In this document: piece by piece, positions 12,411 to 31,500 of the stretch
Layout: each line of letters opens with the position of its first letter
How positions within the stretch are numbered: position 1 is the stretch's first letter
From: Trichoplax adhaerens
Lineage: Eukaryota > Animalia > Placozoa
Reading direction: 5' to 3'
DNA: 64,000 nt
NCBI RefSeq assembly: GCF_000150275.1
Contig: NW_002060946.1
Coordinates: forward strand, 3,925,454 to 3,989,453
Notes under the pieces: generated by a model
Databases searched by the model: none
Told to the model about the DNA's origin: nothing
The model's input: only the letters and a program-made list of their open reading frames with translations
Program-made: the position numbers and the translations under genes

Positions 12411-13982
12411 ATGGAAATGATGGCATCGAGTGGAGAATTACCACCTAAAGATTTTTCCGATGATCAAAGTTACAGTGATGCTAGCACAAATTCGTCATAT
12501 TCATCGCCATGTTCATCCGTAATCATATCCACTGGTGAAGAAATCACTAGCAATGTAAAATTTTCTTTGAATGGCTCCTCACTGCAAGTGGTTATTAGAT
12601 TGATTGCTTGGCTGATATATTAAATATTTACAATATGTTCTGTTTAACTAGTATCAAGGGAAAGAGTTTAATGGATACTGGATAGGAAATTCATCAAGCT
12701 GTAGCCAGATAGAAAACAGAACAGCAATGCCGTTATCCTTTCCTTATGGTGATATAACAGTTCGCCAGATTTATCCTAATTTCAATCTACAATTCGAGAA
12801 CGATTATCCATACTATTTTCAAAAGGTAACATACTTTAGCTATCGAGTTTACTCTCTTGATATCGTCAACTTGCTGGATATTGCAATAATTTCCATGAAA
12901 GATATGTCCACCAGAAGCAGTTATCGCATAATTACATATTCAATGACTGCATTGACCATATTGCGGTTGTTAGTAAAAATTTTGGATAATCTTATTAGTA
13001 ATGCACTCAAATTAATTGTACAGGGAACTCCTATCCATTTAGCTAATAATCAAGTCAAAAATATACAAGATTTAGCCCAAGAAGATTTCATAGCTTGTGC
13101 AAAACTTTATCCTGAATTAAAATTGGATACAAGTAGGATCGTTTATAAAGACGATAGTTCAAGTACAGAAAAAGTAGTGATTGGATTTATTACCGCAGAA
13201 TCCAACCAACAGGTACCAGTGTGTCTTAAAAAAATTATTCACTATCCGCATTATTCTATTCTTGTTCATGTTATTGCTCGAGTTTGTAATTTAACTAGTG
13301 TATTAAATTCTATGAATGATAGTGAACATTAATATTGCTACCTTAAAATTATCCAATGCTACATAGCCTGAAACTAGGTAGAAGAAATAGCCCATTCATA
13401 ATTCAAGTTTTCCAATATTTAACGCAGCAATTTGTTATCATACTGTAATTACTTATTCTACCCACAAAAATTTTCCATTCTTATTCATTGTATAGCATGA
13501 TCCTATTGTTTAGGCAATATAATTATTGAGTCCATCATAGTTAATAAAATACCTTAAGCACAAACTTATCTAGCTATTGCAGAAGTGCAGTATTTACCCG
13601 TAGCTTACAGTTATTTTGATCTAATACTTAGATGAACTGATATTCCTTTCCAAGAATTATATTAGCTCAATCTTATACTAGCATTAAACTATGTCTATCA
13701 GTTCATTTCCATAACGTTACAGATTAATTATTTTAATTTAAGCATGAAATACTAATGGATAGACAAATATTGCAGGTACAAATGGAATTTGCCGCGGAAC
13801 ATCCATTCTTCGTTATAGGCCGCGGTTGGTCATCTTGCCAACCGACAAAGACAGCTAATCGATATCAGTTAAATTGTCAATTATTATCTGTCGGTGATGT
13901 TTGTTTTACACTATCATTAGTTCCCATTTTACCTAATTTATGTTCAGATACCTCTGTATATTGCAATAAAACTACCGAATAA
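12411..13982 (+). CDS. ATXN1: Ataxin-1-like AXH-domain protein; exons 12411-12554, 12652-12825, 13024-13212, 13776-13982 (~237 aa; 5' end uncertain)
   Basis: YPYYFQK|GTPIHLANNQVKNIQDLAQEDFI...|VQMEFAAEHPFFVIGRGWSSCQPTKTANRYQLNCQLLSVGDVCFTLSL aligns with the ataxin-1 AXH domain (PYFMKGSIIQLANG...EYPFFVFGQGWSSC.P...LSVGDVCISL). All introns are phase 0. Confidence 0.88.
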
Positions 13983-14900
13983 AGAAAATGTGATATTAAA
14001 GTAGACTGTCTTTTAAGGAATTTACCATTTTGATTAATATGAAAGGGAAAATGAATGAAGATAGGTTGCGTGAACTACGTAGCATTAGAAATCAATTGAC
14101 TTTCGGTAATGGTTGTTAATTATTGGAAGTAGTATTTCAATATTGCACTAGTTAGACGGTATTTAACGGATTTGCCATTTTGATTAATAAGCAAGAGGAA
14201 ATGGGTGAAAATAGCTTACCTGTTACTGCTGGATGTTATGAATGATCAATCATCATTGGTACCGTATATAGTATAGAATATTCCTAATATACTGAAACTA
14301 TGACACTATAACGCTGGATATTGAACATACGAGTATAATCAAAATCTGGTATTATTAACGAAAGTTCTTAAGCCTTTACTCAAACCATGTATTTCTTACA
14401 TTTTCGACACATAATTAGGCTGGGCCTGAGAATATCAAGTACCAGTACTTTCGTCTACATGCACATGAACTTTGATAATTATAATACGCCTCGTATAATT
14501 CTTCGTTTTTGTAGGAATAAATCAGTATTCCCTTTATTTCTGATTAGTTTTCTAACGTTTGTAATACATTAAGAGAACGATGTTATCAGTTCAGAGAGTT
14601 CTCTTGATCTATTTTAATCATCAACATCATTATCTCTAATATTTAAACTAGTTATGCATATTAAGATACTAGAGAGTGTGAGCAAGTTAAAATTGATTGC
14701 CTTTCTTTAAATTCATTTTTAAATTAACCGACTACAGCATTATTGATCTGATATGCGTCAGTTACATGCAAGGACAGAAAGAAATCAGTCACGTAAGATA
14801 ATAATCAGCTTCAGGTTAATGTATAACAAATTATAATGTTATACTACGCTAATTACTTTTAATATATGGTAATCATGGACTGTAACTGTTGCTGTCGGTA

Positions 14901-19607
<4,707 letters not shown>

Positions 19608-19934
19608 GATTTTCCTTGCTAATGATTTTTTTTGGAAGGGAGCGATGCGATAGCAGTGGCCAGGTATGGAGGCAATGAATTAAAAATGACTTTGATTTAC
19701 CGTTTATCCAGTGATGGACTCCATTTGGTAGGAGAGCGCAATAGCGTATGAGACACTATACGGTGTTATCACAATATGTCTTCCAGGTCAGTCTGGTCGT
19801 CTTACCGTAGTCCAATCGGAATACTGCATAAGCATTTCTACAGCTTGCAAGAACCCTCCTGTCCATCTCCATGATCATGGAATCCATGCATCTCCATCAC
19901 TACATTAACTCTTTAGGCTTGTTTAGCAGTAGTT

Positions 19935-20400
19935 GATAGCTGTATTAAATCATAGACTTTAGTAACTTTTCTTTCCAGTTATCTATGATTTAAGTACTAT
20001 GCTATGCTAATCTATTTCTGCATCAGTCATGCAGCATCAGTGAGTAAAGACAGCTTATACTTACGAGTACTACGGGAGAATCATAGCTTAGTAAATTTTG
20101 TTCTATAGCTCCGTCTCGTGGTAAAGGATAACTGTATTAAATCATAGACTGTGGTGGGGGTTTTCCTCCTCGTAACCTACGATTCAACGGAGCGATATGC
20201 GAGGGCGAGTATAATCGAGTACGGTATAAGTCATTAGTATCAGTCCAAGAAAGATTCTACCGACATGATGATAGAGCTACGAATTATACTCCATGGACTA
20301 TTTAGATCTATCCAGCAGTAATTCATAGCAATAGAACTTTATTCAATCGTGGACTCTAGCGTAGTTTCCTTCTAGTAATATATGACTTTATACAGCGATA
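19935..20400. repeat. Degenerate ~190-205 bp tandem repeat, 2-3 copies
   Basis: gata.ctgtattaaatcatagact at 19936 and 20128; a weaker third copy near 20335. Confidence 0.65.
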
Positions 20401-20969
20401 GGTAGCAGTGAGCGTAAGCATTCGCGATTTAGGTATTAGGGGCAATCAAGAACGGAAATTTTTAGACGGCTATCTTGATAGGTGGCGGCCTTCAGCCATA
20501 GTCTACTTATTATATATTTCTTTCTGCTATCTCTTCTCACTGTTTATGACATCGACTAGGATAATAGCAATCATAACTCTACTCAGAAATACTGCAATAA
20601 CTTGACAGATGTTCCATAATGCATTGATATCTATCATGTTTATCTAATGGATTTATTCTAAATGAGTACAGACTATACGCGTAAATATTATAAAAATGAT
20701 TGCTTCTAATCGTATCCTAAAATTCGTCAACTTGGATAAAGAATTCAATCGATTATTACTAAAATTGAAGGCATTTCATGAAAACTGCCAAGATACTTTT
20801 TCCATGTTGAATTAATAATGCATCTTATTTTCATAGAAGTTTATAATTTTCAGGTAAATATAATTAATTAATAGAATAGAATTAATTTCAGCGCCAATAT
20901 TATTTATTTTTTTTGGCGGGGGGAGGGATAAGAAGATGGACTTAGATTGCACATGCGTGCAGTATATAA

Positions 20970-21840
20970 TTAATTGCAATATTATGTAAAATAATACACT
21001 ATGTCAATATTATGTAAAATAATATAGAATTGCAGTCCTCTAGGATAAAAACGTTGAAATTAAGCTAGAATTAATAGGAAAATGGATAACGCATAATAAG
21101 AATATTAAACATGCCATAACCAACTATAGTATGCGTAACATAATTCTAGCATTATACTAATGATATAGATTTTCTATCATATATGCTAAAAACATAAAAT
21201 TAATCTAGAATTAGCAGAAAAATGAATATAGAATGAGAATATCGGAGAACGCATAATAATTAAAATGTGGAATAGTTTATCAAATAGGATAAATTCTCTA
21301 GTACCTTTACCATGATATGAAATCAAATTCTCATTATATATGGTAAAAATATTAAATTAAGAGAAGATGAATTGAAAAATGAATAATATAATAATATTGA
21401 CTAGTTGGGATTGAAAATGTTTCGCAAAGTAGCGATCTGGCTAAAAATGCAATTATTCTAATCAAAAGTTCACACGTACGACTTCTATTTGTATTCCTTC
21501 ATCTACTACAGAATAAATGGATGGAAGAGTTTGTAATTATGGCTATTAAAATATAGAATAGGGATGTGAAATAATTCTTAGCGAATTAAATGTGTGAAAA
21601 AGTGTATAGAATGAATTTCCACTATTATACAGTACCATAGTATAGAATTTCCATCTTGCAAACAGATGATAAAAGTATTAAAGTATGGCTAAAATAAAAT
21701 TAGAAAACGACTAATATTAATGCCTAATCTGCATTCAAAGAATTTCTGAGGGTAGCACTCTTGCAGAAAATTGCAATAGCGTATTTTAATCAAAGTTTAC
21801 GCTCACTCTATTGTATTCCGTCATTGACTGTAGAATAGAA
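20970..21840. repeat. AT-rich patchwork of local duplications downstream of Piezo
   Basis: caatattatgtaaaataata twice (28 bp apart); aaattaa.ctagaatta...gaaaaatg.ata 2-3 times; aatcaaa.gtt.ac...tgtattcc.tcat...act..agaata near 21460 and 21788. Confidence 0.6.
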
Positions 21841-22541
21841 AATCTATAATTACAGTAATTAATTAATCCAGATGAAACATCGATAGAGGTAATAGGGTTA
21901 TCAACTCTTTATACACAAGCAGCAAATACCATGTAGCAACTGACTAGTATAAAGTCTAAAATTCAGGCAATCGTCATATTAAGTGCTTAGAATTTTTATT
22001 ATACAAGTAGTATTTAGAAATAGAAAAAAATTGTATTGCATATTTTTATAGGTTATTGCCATTTAACGCAATACAACCACTTTTGTAAGAAATGATTTTT
22101 GTATCAGTAGGATCGATACACGCATAATGTATGAGTAAACTCTCAAGTAATAAGATACAATACGTCATGCATACAATATGCATCTATGGTATTACCAGGT
22201 CAATGTATATGACTAATGCGTGTTAAAAATCTGATATTTGCTCTACGAAATCATTCATTATACACAGATTAAACTAACATGACGCAATACAATAAATATA
22301 ATCAAGTTTCTCTACTCTTCTATTACGGTAATAGTATCTTGCTTGTAACGTTAATAAGATCTATGATACTATTTTCAGTCAATGTAGATAAAATTAATTT
22401 CAATACTGACAAATAAAAAACAGGTATGTGTAGAAAGAGGTCATAGAATGCACGAATTTATAATATTTTATGGATATACCTCTTACATATAAAGTATGAG
22501 CGGTGTTGTAACACATCATAACTTGACACAAATTATTGTAC

Positions 22542-25500
22542 TTATTCTACTTTTTGCTTATTTACCGCTAAACGAGTTAGTCGTATTATCGTCTCTGGAG
22601 ATCTATATAAAAATATTAACTTTGCAAATAATTCTTCTTCCAATTCAAATTCATGTGATTCTCGCACCATATAAATTTCTTCACATAATTCATGGATTGC
22701 ATTTGGGTCTGGAATTTCATCGAACATTATTCGATAAGATACCGATGAGACAAAGATACGTATGAAACGACCAACAACCAAGACTAACGAAACGTATAGA
22801 CCAATAATACCATATCCCGCTAAAAAGGACAATCCAGGCGGGATGACCTTGTCGCTAAAAACAATCATCTCTAGTGAATTCGACCGCGAACTTTTAGTAT
22901 TATTAATATGAAAGGGTGATTTCTGAACTATACGCCACCATTCAACCATTGACTTTAGAACATCATCATAAGTGGGTCCTTTTAATAATTCTACGCCACA
23001 ATCGACATAGCTACCATTATCTAATGCTTTAACAACAGTGGAAGCACCAGTAGCTGGAACCAGAACAAATGATGGGTATAACTTCGGTATTGTGACCATC
23101 GATGTTTGATTGTCATTAAACATTAACATTTGTGAAAGACCGTCGCGTAAATTTGGATCGTATAAATTAAAGTAATTATTGCCAGTTACCATGTCAGATA
23201 CTAGAGCACTATTAGGTTTACGATTAAATGACCAAGAAAACCGTAGAGTAATAGTTTGGTTTGAACTCAAATCATTAATTAACTTTTGCCTAACAGGTGG
23301 GCTTATCTCCCATATAGGTGATGAATTTTCATTTAGTAAAACGCGCACAACATTCTCTCTGTCGTATTGCGAAAGAAAAGACCTAGCGGATGGATTGTTA
23401 TACTTATGAACATTAAATAAATGATTGTAATCACTTTGCGATAACATCGTGATAGATCGTTGCTCAGCGGTATAACTATAAAGTGGCTCGTAGCCGACTA
23501 TTGATAATGAGAATTGACCTTCAGTCGGTAAGTCAGCAATACCACTTGTTTTAGCTAATGACATAAACAGAAGAGGAAACCATATAATTGCACCTAAGAG
23601 AAATATCAAAAAACCTCCTAAGGCCACTTTAAACAACGGACTCTTCGGATCGCCTTTCTTTTGTGGATAGCTATTTTCGTAATCTCTTCGACATTTGGTA
23701 TAAAAGATGTTATAAAATATATCTTCCATTTTTAACCAATGCCATAACGTTAGTGTTGTATCAGTACAAGTCCAATCCATTAATGTTCGAAATTCAAGAA
23801 AGAACGGAATCGCGTTAACACATAGAACAAAATAATATGTATAATTATTAAATATGTCGGTTAAAAATCGCCGCAACACTCTTATCGGATAACCTTGGCA
23901 TAACTGAAAGCAACTTAAGCGAAAGTAAATGCAATAGGTGATATATAATATAATTGCAGCAGCATTATATTTGAATGATCGACGAGTTAGAAATGGCAGA
24001 AAGAAAAATAACCATGTATGAAGAGCGATAACCTGGATAATGTAGACGATTAATCTTGCCAGTAGACTGCGCCTTAAATAAATGGCACGATCGCATAACA
24101 TTAATAGGAATTGAGTTAACATAGCTATTAAAAATGGTAATGGAATGTTATTTTCGGCAATAAAAGTTGATAAATTATCATTTTGCGATGCATTTTCACC
24201 AAATGATGACCAACCGAAAATAATAATCAGGAAAGCTATAAAAGTGCATGCAAACATTGATGTGTAAACATCGATAGTTCCAGGTTTACTGTCATGTCGA
24301 AGTAATTGTTGTATGAACTTAATGTTTGGCCAAATCTCTTCCGATTCAGTCATCTCATCATGATCATTGTTGCTATCATCGTCGTTCCATAGACCAAATG
24401 ATTTTAAAATAGCACAATGAAAAAATAATGATAATAGCAAGATTAAGTCAAATGCTACTATTCTTCCAAAATTATCCTCTTGTACTATTCCAATAATGCG
24501 TGGAGCCCAAAAAGGATCGTTATTCCCATCTGGACGATTAAATGTCCAAAATGAGAACTGGAAAGTATACTTGATTAATACAACTATTTCCGTGTAGGTG
24601 AAAGCGAAAATCCAAAAATATCGATGGGGTCGTGGAATTGATAAGAACGCCCATAAAAATGTGGATAACGGAAGAATAAGTGATAATACCGTACCATGAA
24701 CAATCAAATTGAGCAAGATTAGAAAGTAACAAATATTATCAGTATTAGCGCATAAGGAATAATAAAGTGCGAAAATGAAATGATCAAATCTTGACATATT
24801 TCCTTGCCAACCATCATTGGATTCTGTTTTATACGCTAATGAAGATTGTAATCTTTGAAGTTCTTTGGATTCTAAAGGTTCATCTAAGTCCAAATCAGCG
24901 TTAGCAGTGATAACAGCAGCAGCAACGACCGTATTTTCTGCTGAATCATGAACATCATTGGTGGTTACAGCTCGTTCATTAGAGTGTACTTTTGACAGGT
25001 TAGCACGTTCCTGACGTATTTTTTTAGCTGCTGCCCTATATTCAATACCGAAAGTATCCAACCATCTAGTTAATTTATCCGTGTAAGTTATCCAGATGTT
25101 ACAGTAAAGATAGTTGATAAATCTTCGGAAAGCGCCTTTTTTCTTTTCTTCCTTGGACGTAACTTTGCCATCAAGGGAGTCTAATCTTGAGGGCAGGCTA
25201 TCAGTTGTGATATCTTTAAGGGTAACCTCCTGTACATTTAATTGCTTATTCAAGAATAAATTATTTTGAGGTGCCGGTAAATCAGAAATATTTTCTTGGG
25301 TCTTAAAAGCCCTCTTTGTATCTGTAGATGCAGCATTGGATGCAGATTCAATAAATTGATTATGAGAATGTTTCGTATGTTCTTGGAGTGTAGAACTTGA
25401 TGATTCCCCATCAGCTATTCGATATTGCGTTGAAGCGGGTCCACCAGTTTGAGATTTCGAAACGTAAATAGAAGAATGCCTACCATATAACGGGTTGTCA

Positions 25501-28500
25501 GTTATGCCAGGTTCCGCTCGCTGAGATACATCATGACATTCGAAGTCTGTGTCTTGTTTTAAGTAGACTAAATCGTTAGAGGCTGCTTCGCTAGACTGTA
25601 CGTCTTCATGATGTTCATTAGCTATTTGTTGTTTATTTTGGATTTTTTCCTTTGAAGAAGGATCTAAATCATCAATTTGAGATTTATCTTGGGTGCTACG
25701 GTCATCGCTAACGGTATCAGTATATTGAGTGTCAACGGTCTGTCCGACCAATTTTTCTTTCTGATATAAATCCCGGAATAAATAGTAATCACCAGCAGCA
25801 ATTACTGCAAGTACAAAATAAAACGTCTAATCAGAAAATTTAATTTTTTTATTGATACTATAGGAAGAGTTGTACTCACTTTGTTCGTGTGATAAGTTTG
25901 CAAATAATTTGCTATTACGTCTAGATTTTAGTACTTCCACACTAAAATTGTGAAATAATAGTATAATGTAATAGTTTAGCACGTCTAACAAGTATAGCGT
26001 ATCTTATTATTGCCTTATGTTAATTCTTAGTATCCAATTTAATGCTATAGTTACACCTGTCTTTGATTCGTTTTCTTATTTTTTCGCGACTTTCAATTTC
26101 TAGCTTAATTCGTTCTTGTCGACAATCACGTAAAAATTTAGCAACTCTAAGAGGCAATGAGCAGTATTTATTGAATAACATACCCTTTATCCAATACTAT
26201 GAACGTTAAAGAAATATTAACTGGAGATTCTTAATGTTATGAATAGCTGACTATCGATTAGTTTGTCCACGTTAAAAAAGCTTACTTTTTTGATAATTGA
26301 TTAGTTTCGAATAACTCCTCTGCTACATAATATATCTGGTTACTATTGAAGATGAGTTGTTGAATTAATAAAAACATTAGGCAGACGCCATCGATTCCAA
26401 CACCATATTTCTTAGGCAATGTGACACAGTTCATTCGTTCTACTGGATCTTTAAATCAGAAAAAGGAATTACCAAGAATATTTTAAGATTTTGAGAGCGA
26501 ATTGAATGATAAAAGGATTATAAATATAGTTTAAAATAATTGTTAATTAACCTTCTCCAACAAACGCACGTAAACATACGACGTTAAATATTCTTGAGAC
26601 AATACAAGGTATTATATTTGGCCAAGCACAAACCACAACCTAAGAAGTATATTGATAAGAGATCAATAATGATATAACAGTAGTTTTAGCTTGAAAAACG
26701 TCGTAAACCTGTTAAGAAGTGTATTATTTCATGATGTACGTGTATCGACCGAACAAATAAATTTTGATAATGTTATGTATCAAGAAACTAACCTGAAATG
26801 ACGTCTTAAGCAAAATAACGGTATACGTGTAGGCAATAAACAGCTTCCACCTAAATATTATCATATTCAATGTAATTCAGTTTAAAACTTAACTGAAATT
26901 ATTTTTTAACTGTGATATGATCAGGATTACCTACCAGGTTTTCACCATTTTGCCATTATCGTCGAATTTTAACCTTTTTACGATCGACTGACCATGCCAT
27001 AAGAAGAAGAAATCAGCAAGTAGGAACCCAAAACAGAAGATATTAATTTGACTTGTTCCAACAATAAATATTACTGCATATGTTATCCATAGAAAATATT
27101 GGAAGATGAATATCTAAATATTATACAATTGGAAAATATGAATTAGAATTTTGTAATAAACATAAACGCCGCAGTTCTCGAGGTATGATGATTTATAAGG
27201 TGATGTGCACAGAATTTAAATGATTTAAATAATGGGGAGAAAAATACGCAAGTAATTGTAGCTGAATTTTTTACAAGCTGATATGTCTTACTTGTATAGT
27301 ATCTAGCCAACACCTGAATAAATACAAAACATATAGTAATGATTAGTGAGGTGTAAACAACCCATTACAGTGTAGAGATATTGCGATATAAATCAAGAAA
27401 AAATACCTATTGTTTAAAAAATTGCCAGGATTAGTCATTTTTCCATCTTCTGCATGGATTCTAACGGTTAAATGTGAATCTCGCTTTCCGGATAGATATG
27501 CTTTCATTTGACAACATGCAAACATAAGCATAAAGAAATCTCCTACATAAAAGAATCATCGATATAGGTTAATTTCTAGATTTTAATAAATTGTTCACGA
27601 TAAGATGTATCTATATTTTGCATAGCTATTGTAAATAAATATTGATAAAGTGTATATCGGTATAATTTACCTATCAGCAAGAAAGGATTTAACTTATAAC
27701 GTATCTGAGGTAAGTACAGCCACTGCAACAAGTTTATATTTAAGTAACCAGTCCACGGGTAAACTGAAACATAGTTTCCGCTATTAATTTAAATGTAGCG
27801 CAAGTCATCAATTAACTTTAGGTTTATTATTATGAATATGTTTACCATAACATAGGTACGTAGGCAATCCTAGGAGTAACAAATATTGAGCAATAATAGA
27901 AATAGTAAGAAAAGCAATATAAATAGGCCATAATGTTGATAACTGTTTTCGTGGTAGAAAGAGTTGCAACCCAAGAACGACAGAATATATAGCGGAATAA
28001 ACATCCCCTCTTGCGCCAATGACAATGATTTCCGTGAAAATACATAACTAAACAACAGTAAGAAATCACGTCAGAGAGCGTATTAGTAAGTACTATCTGC
28101 AAGTATTCTGTCGCAGCATAACACTAGGACATATAAATCCTTGAACAATGACTAACCTCTATACCCCAAAGGCTACAGAAATTGTCAATAACGTATTTTA
28201 TCCTGCTTTTTAGGGAGGTATCAATTTTGGTTTCATCGATATTTGGAAATAGAATTCCACTTGGTGGGCGTCTGGTATTTGTAAGTTCGTACATTTGCCT
28301 CTAGATATTTACAAATGAATGATTAACTTGAAATATTATAGTGAAATTTTATTGCATTATAAGTGGTAAATGTATAACTCTTTCGGTGCACACTCGACAT
28401 ATCTAATATTAATCAACAGTTCCTATCTGTAAATTTTATTCAGGTAGGATGCAAACCTGGCGATGGTTGATAACTTTTTCCATAGTAATCAAGCAAATTA

Positions 28501-31500
28501 TAGCGATATAGCCCTATGATTTTCAGAATATATAATTGACTAAATGAGTACATGCAATAACAGCAAATCTTTTAAATTGATTATTTTCTAGATTAAAACT
28601 TGTTATCAAGTTAAGATGCCGAAAAATCTAAATAAATGTAAAAATAATTGGGGGTAAGGCTTACCCCAACATAACTAGATACGTTGGAGACTTTCTTTAA
28701 TCCAAACCATTCGATATCATTTAGAGTACGATTTAAATAAAATGTTATAAACATTGTACCATTCCATTCTGGTATTGCCTTTAATAAATTCGTCATAATA
28801 ATTATCAGAAACTTAAGAGGAGGAGATATCAAGCTATACTGTAATTTTATAGCTACTTACATATGAGCAATTGCTTCGTAAATTTTTGGTATCGATGACA
28901 CTGAGCTGGAATGTCAGCTTAGAGAGTAAGCTAACCGCAATTAAAAGTGTCATAATATAGGATAAGACTTTTTGTAGCCTTTGATATGGCAATTGTAGAA
29001 TGACGAATATTGCAAAGATACCATTCAATGCAGTTACCTAAATAGTATGATAACTATTAATAAAGGTAGTAAACACTCATTTTTAGCAGTAAACACTGAT
29101 TACAAAAATATATTAGTTAATTAGTATGAGATCGTTACCTCTGCGACGCAAACAATAAATATAGTGAGCATAACAGCCTTTACTATGTGTGTCTCTGCAA
29201 GAAGCCATAGAAAATTGTAAAGCTGAGTAAGTTTAGATGGCATTTCATGTAGAAATCTTTCAATTCTTTCATCTAAGTTCTGATTAGTCTCTTCCTTGAG
29301 TGATTGCGTTTCATGTGGATTGCTGTCAAGGCCATTTTGATTGACTTCTATTACAGTAAATCTGGTTAAGTTGTGAGTTTATATCTTTAACCTGATATAT
29401 AAGTAATACATGTCTTTGAAGAAAACATTACCTCTAAAAGGTTCTCCGACAGAAATTTCGCCTACAGTTGGTTCTTGATTTTCAATGTTATTCGTTGGGT
29501 AGCCATATTTTCTTTGTAGCTCTCCGAAATGTCTGGATCCTTTTAAGCTACTATAGATCAAAAACAGACGATGCAAGTACGAATTTTGTATTACAGCTGT
29601 AACTATGCACAAAGTAGGAGGTAAAAGATTCCCAAATAATGCCAATCTGCTCTTGTATTGCTTTAATCCAATATCAGCTAACCTGATGAATAAATGGCAT
29701 ATTTTTAATATCGAAATTATTGTTGTTGAAATTCATAGTGATTATCTTACCAATCGTTTGACAAGTGCGTAGCATTTCTCCATAGTTCAGGTATCACATC
29801 AAATTGAAAGGTATATAATAATACCAGTACCAGTAACGAATACATTATAAGTATAATCCAGAAAGGTTTTAAAATAAATCTAAAAACAGGCCAAGATAAC
29901 TGGAAAAAGAACGTTAAAAAGCCCAATAAATTTTCGCAACAATATTTTTTAGCCTTATTGAGCAATGAATTAATTATTGTGTAGAGAATACCTTATAAGT
30001 TACGGTTAGCAACAGGAAAAAGAACATGTAAATAATTTGATAAATGGTAGGCTGTCCATGTAGAGATACAATCAGTAACGCTCCAAGGCATGCTAATATC
30101 CAGTACTGGGCTAATAGAGTTTGGATTGTTATACCGATTACACGATAGAGTTCTCTTTCAGAATTTCTGGCTCTATTCTGCTTATGCCGAAGTGTAAGCC
30201 AAAATATTGCCAAGAAAATGCTCTGCGAATAGGAATACAAATAACATAATTGTAATTTCGTATCATATTCTTCAGTGGTACAGTAATTAATATACTTTAA
30301 GTGTTCCTTTATTAAAGAACTCAATTAAAGAAAAACTGTTATAGTATTATTTCAAAGACTTGCATTACTTTCTACTGCAACTGCCTGTAAAGTTTTAAAA
30401 GTAGCTATATTTCTACTTAAGGAGTTTCTACTATTAACTTAATATCTGTATACCTGCAATCCCAGATGCAGGCACTGGTTAGAAAATCGTTGCAGACCAA
30501 CTTGCTGTAAATTAAAACCGTTAACAACCTCAGGGAGTTCTTTGTGTAGATTAAGTCCATATATGTAAGTAGCAATAATCATAATTTCGCCGTAGATAAC
30601 TAAGAGCGGAGCAGTAGTCATCATGACCTCATACGTTCTCGGATGTATAAAAAACAGGCAAGCAAATATCAGTAGGACGAAAGCTGGCCAGGAATGGTAC
30701 GAAATACTCCAAGTCTACATCAAATTGGGTAGAACACAGTATTACATGTAATTATTATTGTATAGTATACTCGCGCATCATACTGTTACTACTGTAATTA
30801 AAGATTGATATTTATCCAATATTTTAAGAATTGATGGAAAGTATAGTAGCTCATGGATGCTATTACAGATTTATGACAAATATGACCTTAATAGGTGCTA
30901 ACTTACCAACATCGCGATCAATGCTAATAAATGTATGTTCATCTCAACGTATTGTAGAAAAGCATAAAATTTTTGCTGGCTATACTGTAAGATGATATTG
31001 TGTATGTGAAGATTTTCGTCGGTCTCGACAGCTGTTGGTACTGGTTCAAGGAGGACATTATTCTCAGCTTCAGTTCGTTGGTCATTGTTAGTGGCAACAG
31101 TCTATTACCATTTTAGATCATACCGTAAAACGAAAATATATGGATTATGTAATAAGAAACTTTTATATAATATACAAACATTTTGGGAAGTAACATCTTG
31201 ATTTAAGGTAGAAGTTTGATGAGCATCTACATTGACCTGAAATAGTAATTACGGTATTTATATTTAGATAGACTATTAGATCTACATGATCAAACTATCT
31301 TGATACGATTTTTAAGTTCTTATGATATAGATTACCATATTTTAAGTAACTACAAGAATCTCTTTAGAACGAATAAATAATTATATACACTTTTAAGAAA
31401 GACACGTCTTGTATGTGAGTGAGGACTATCCATAAAATAGAAATACATTTACAAAAGGCAACCATTTTGTAATCATAAAAAGATTATAACGTTTCTTATA

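Noticed and set aside
22496-24732. Antisense and alternative-frame ORFs over the Piezo terminal exon (22496-22765, 23179-23409, 24538-24732)
   Set aside because: Shadow ORFs of a long coding exon with no recognisable motifs.
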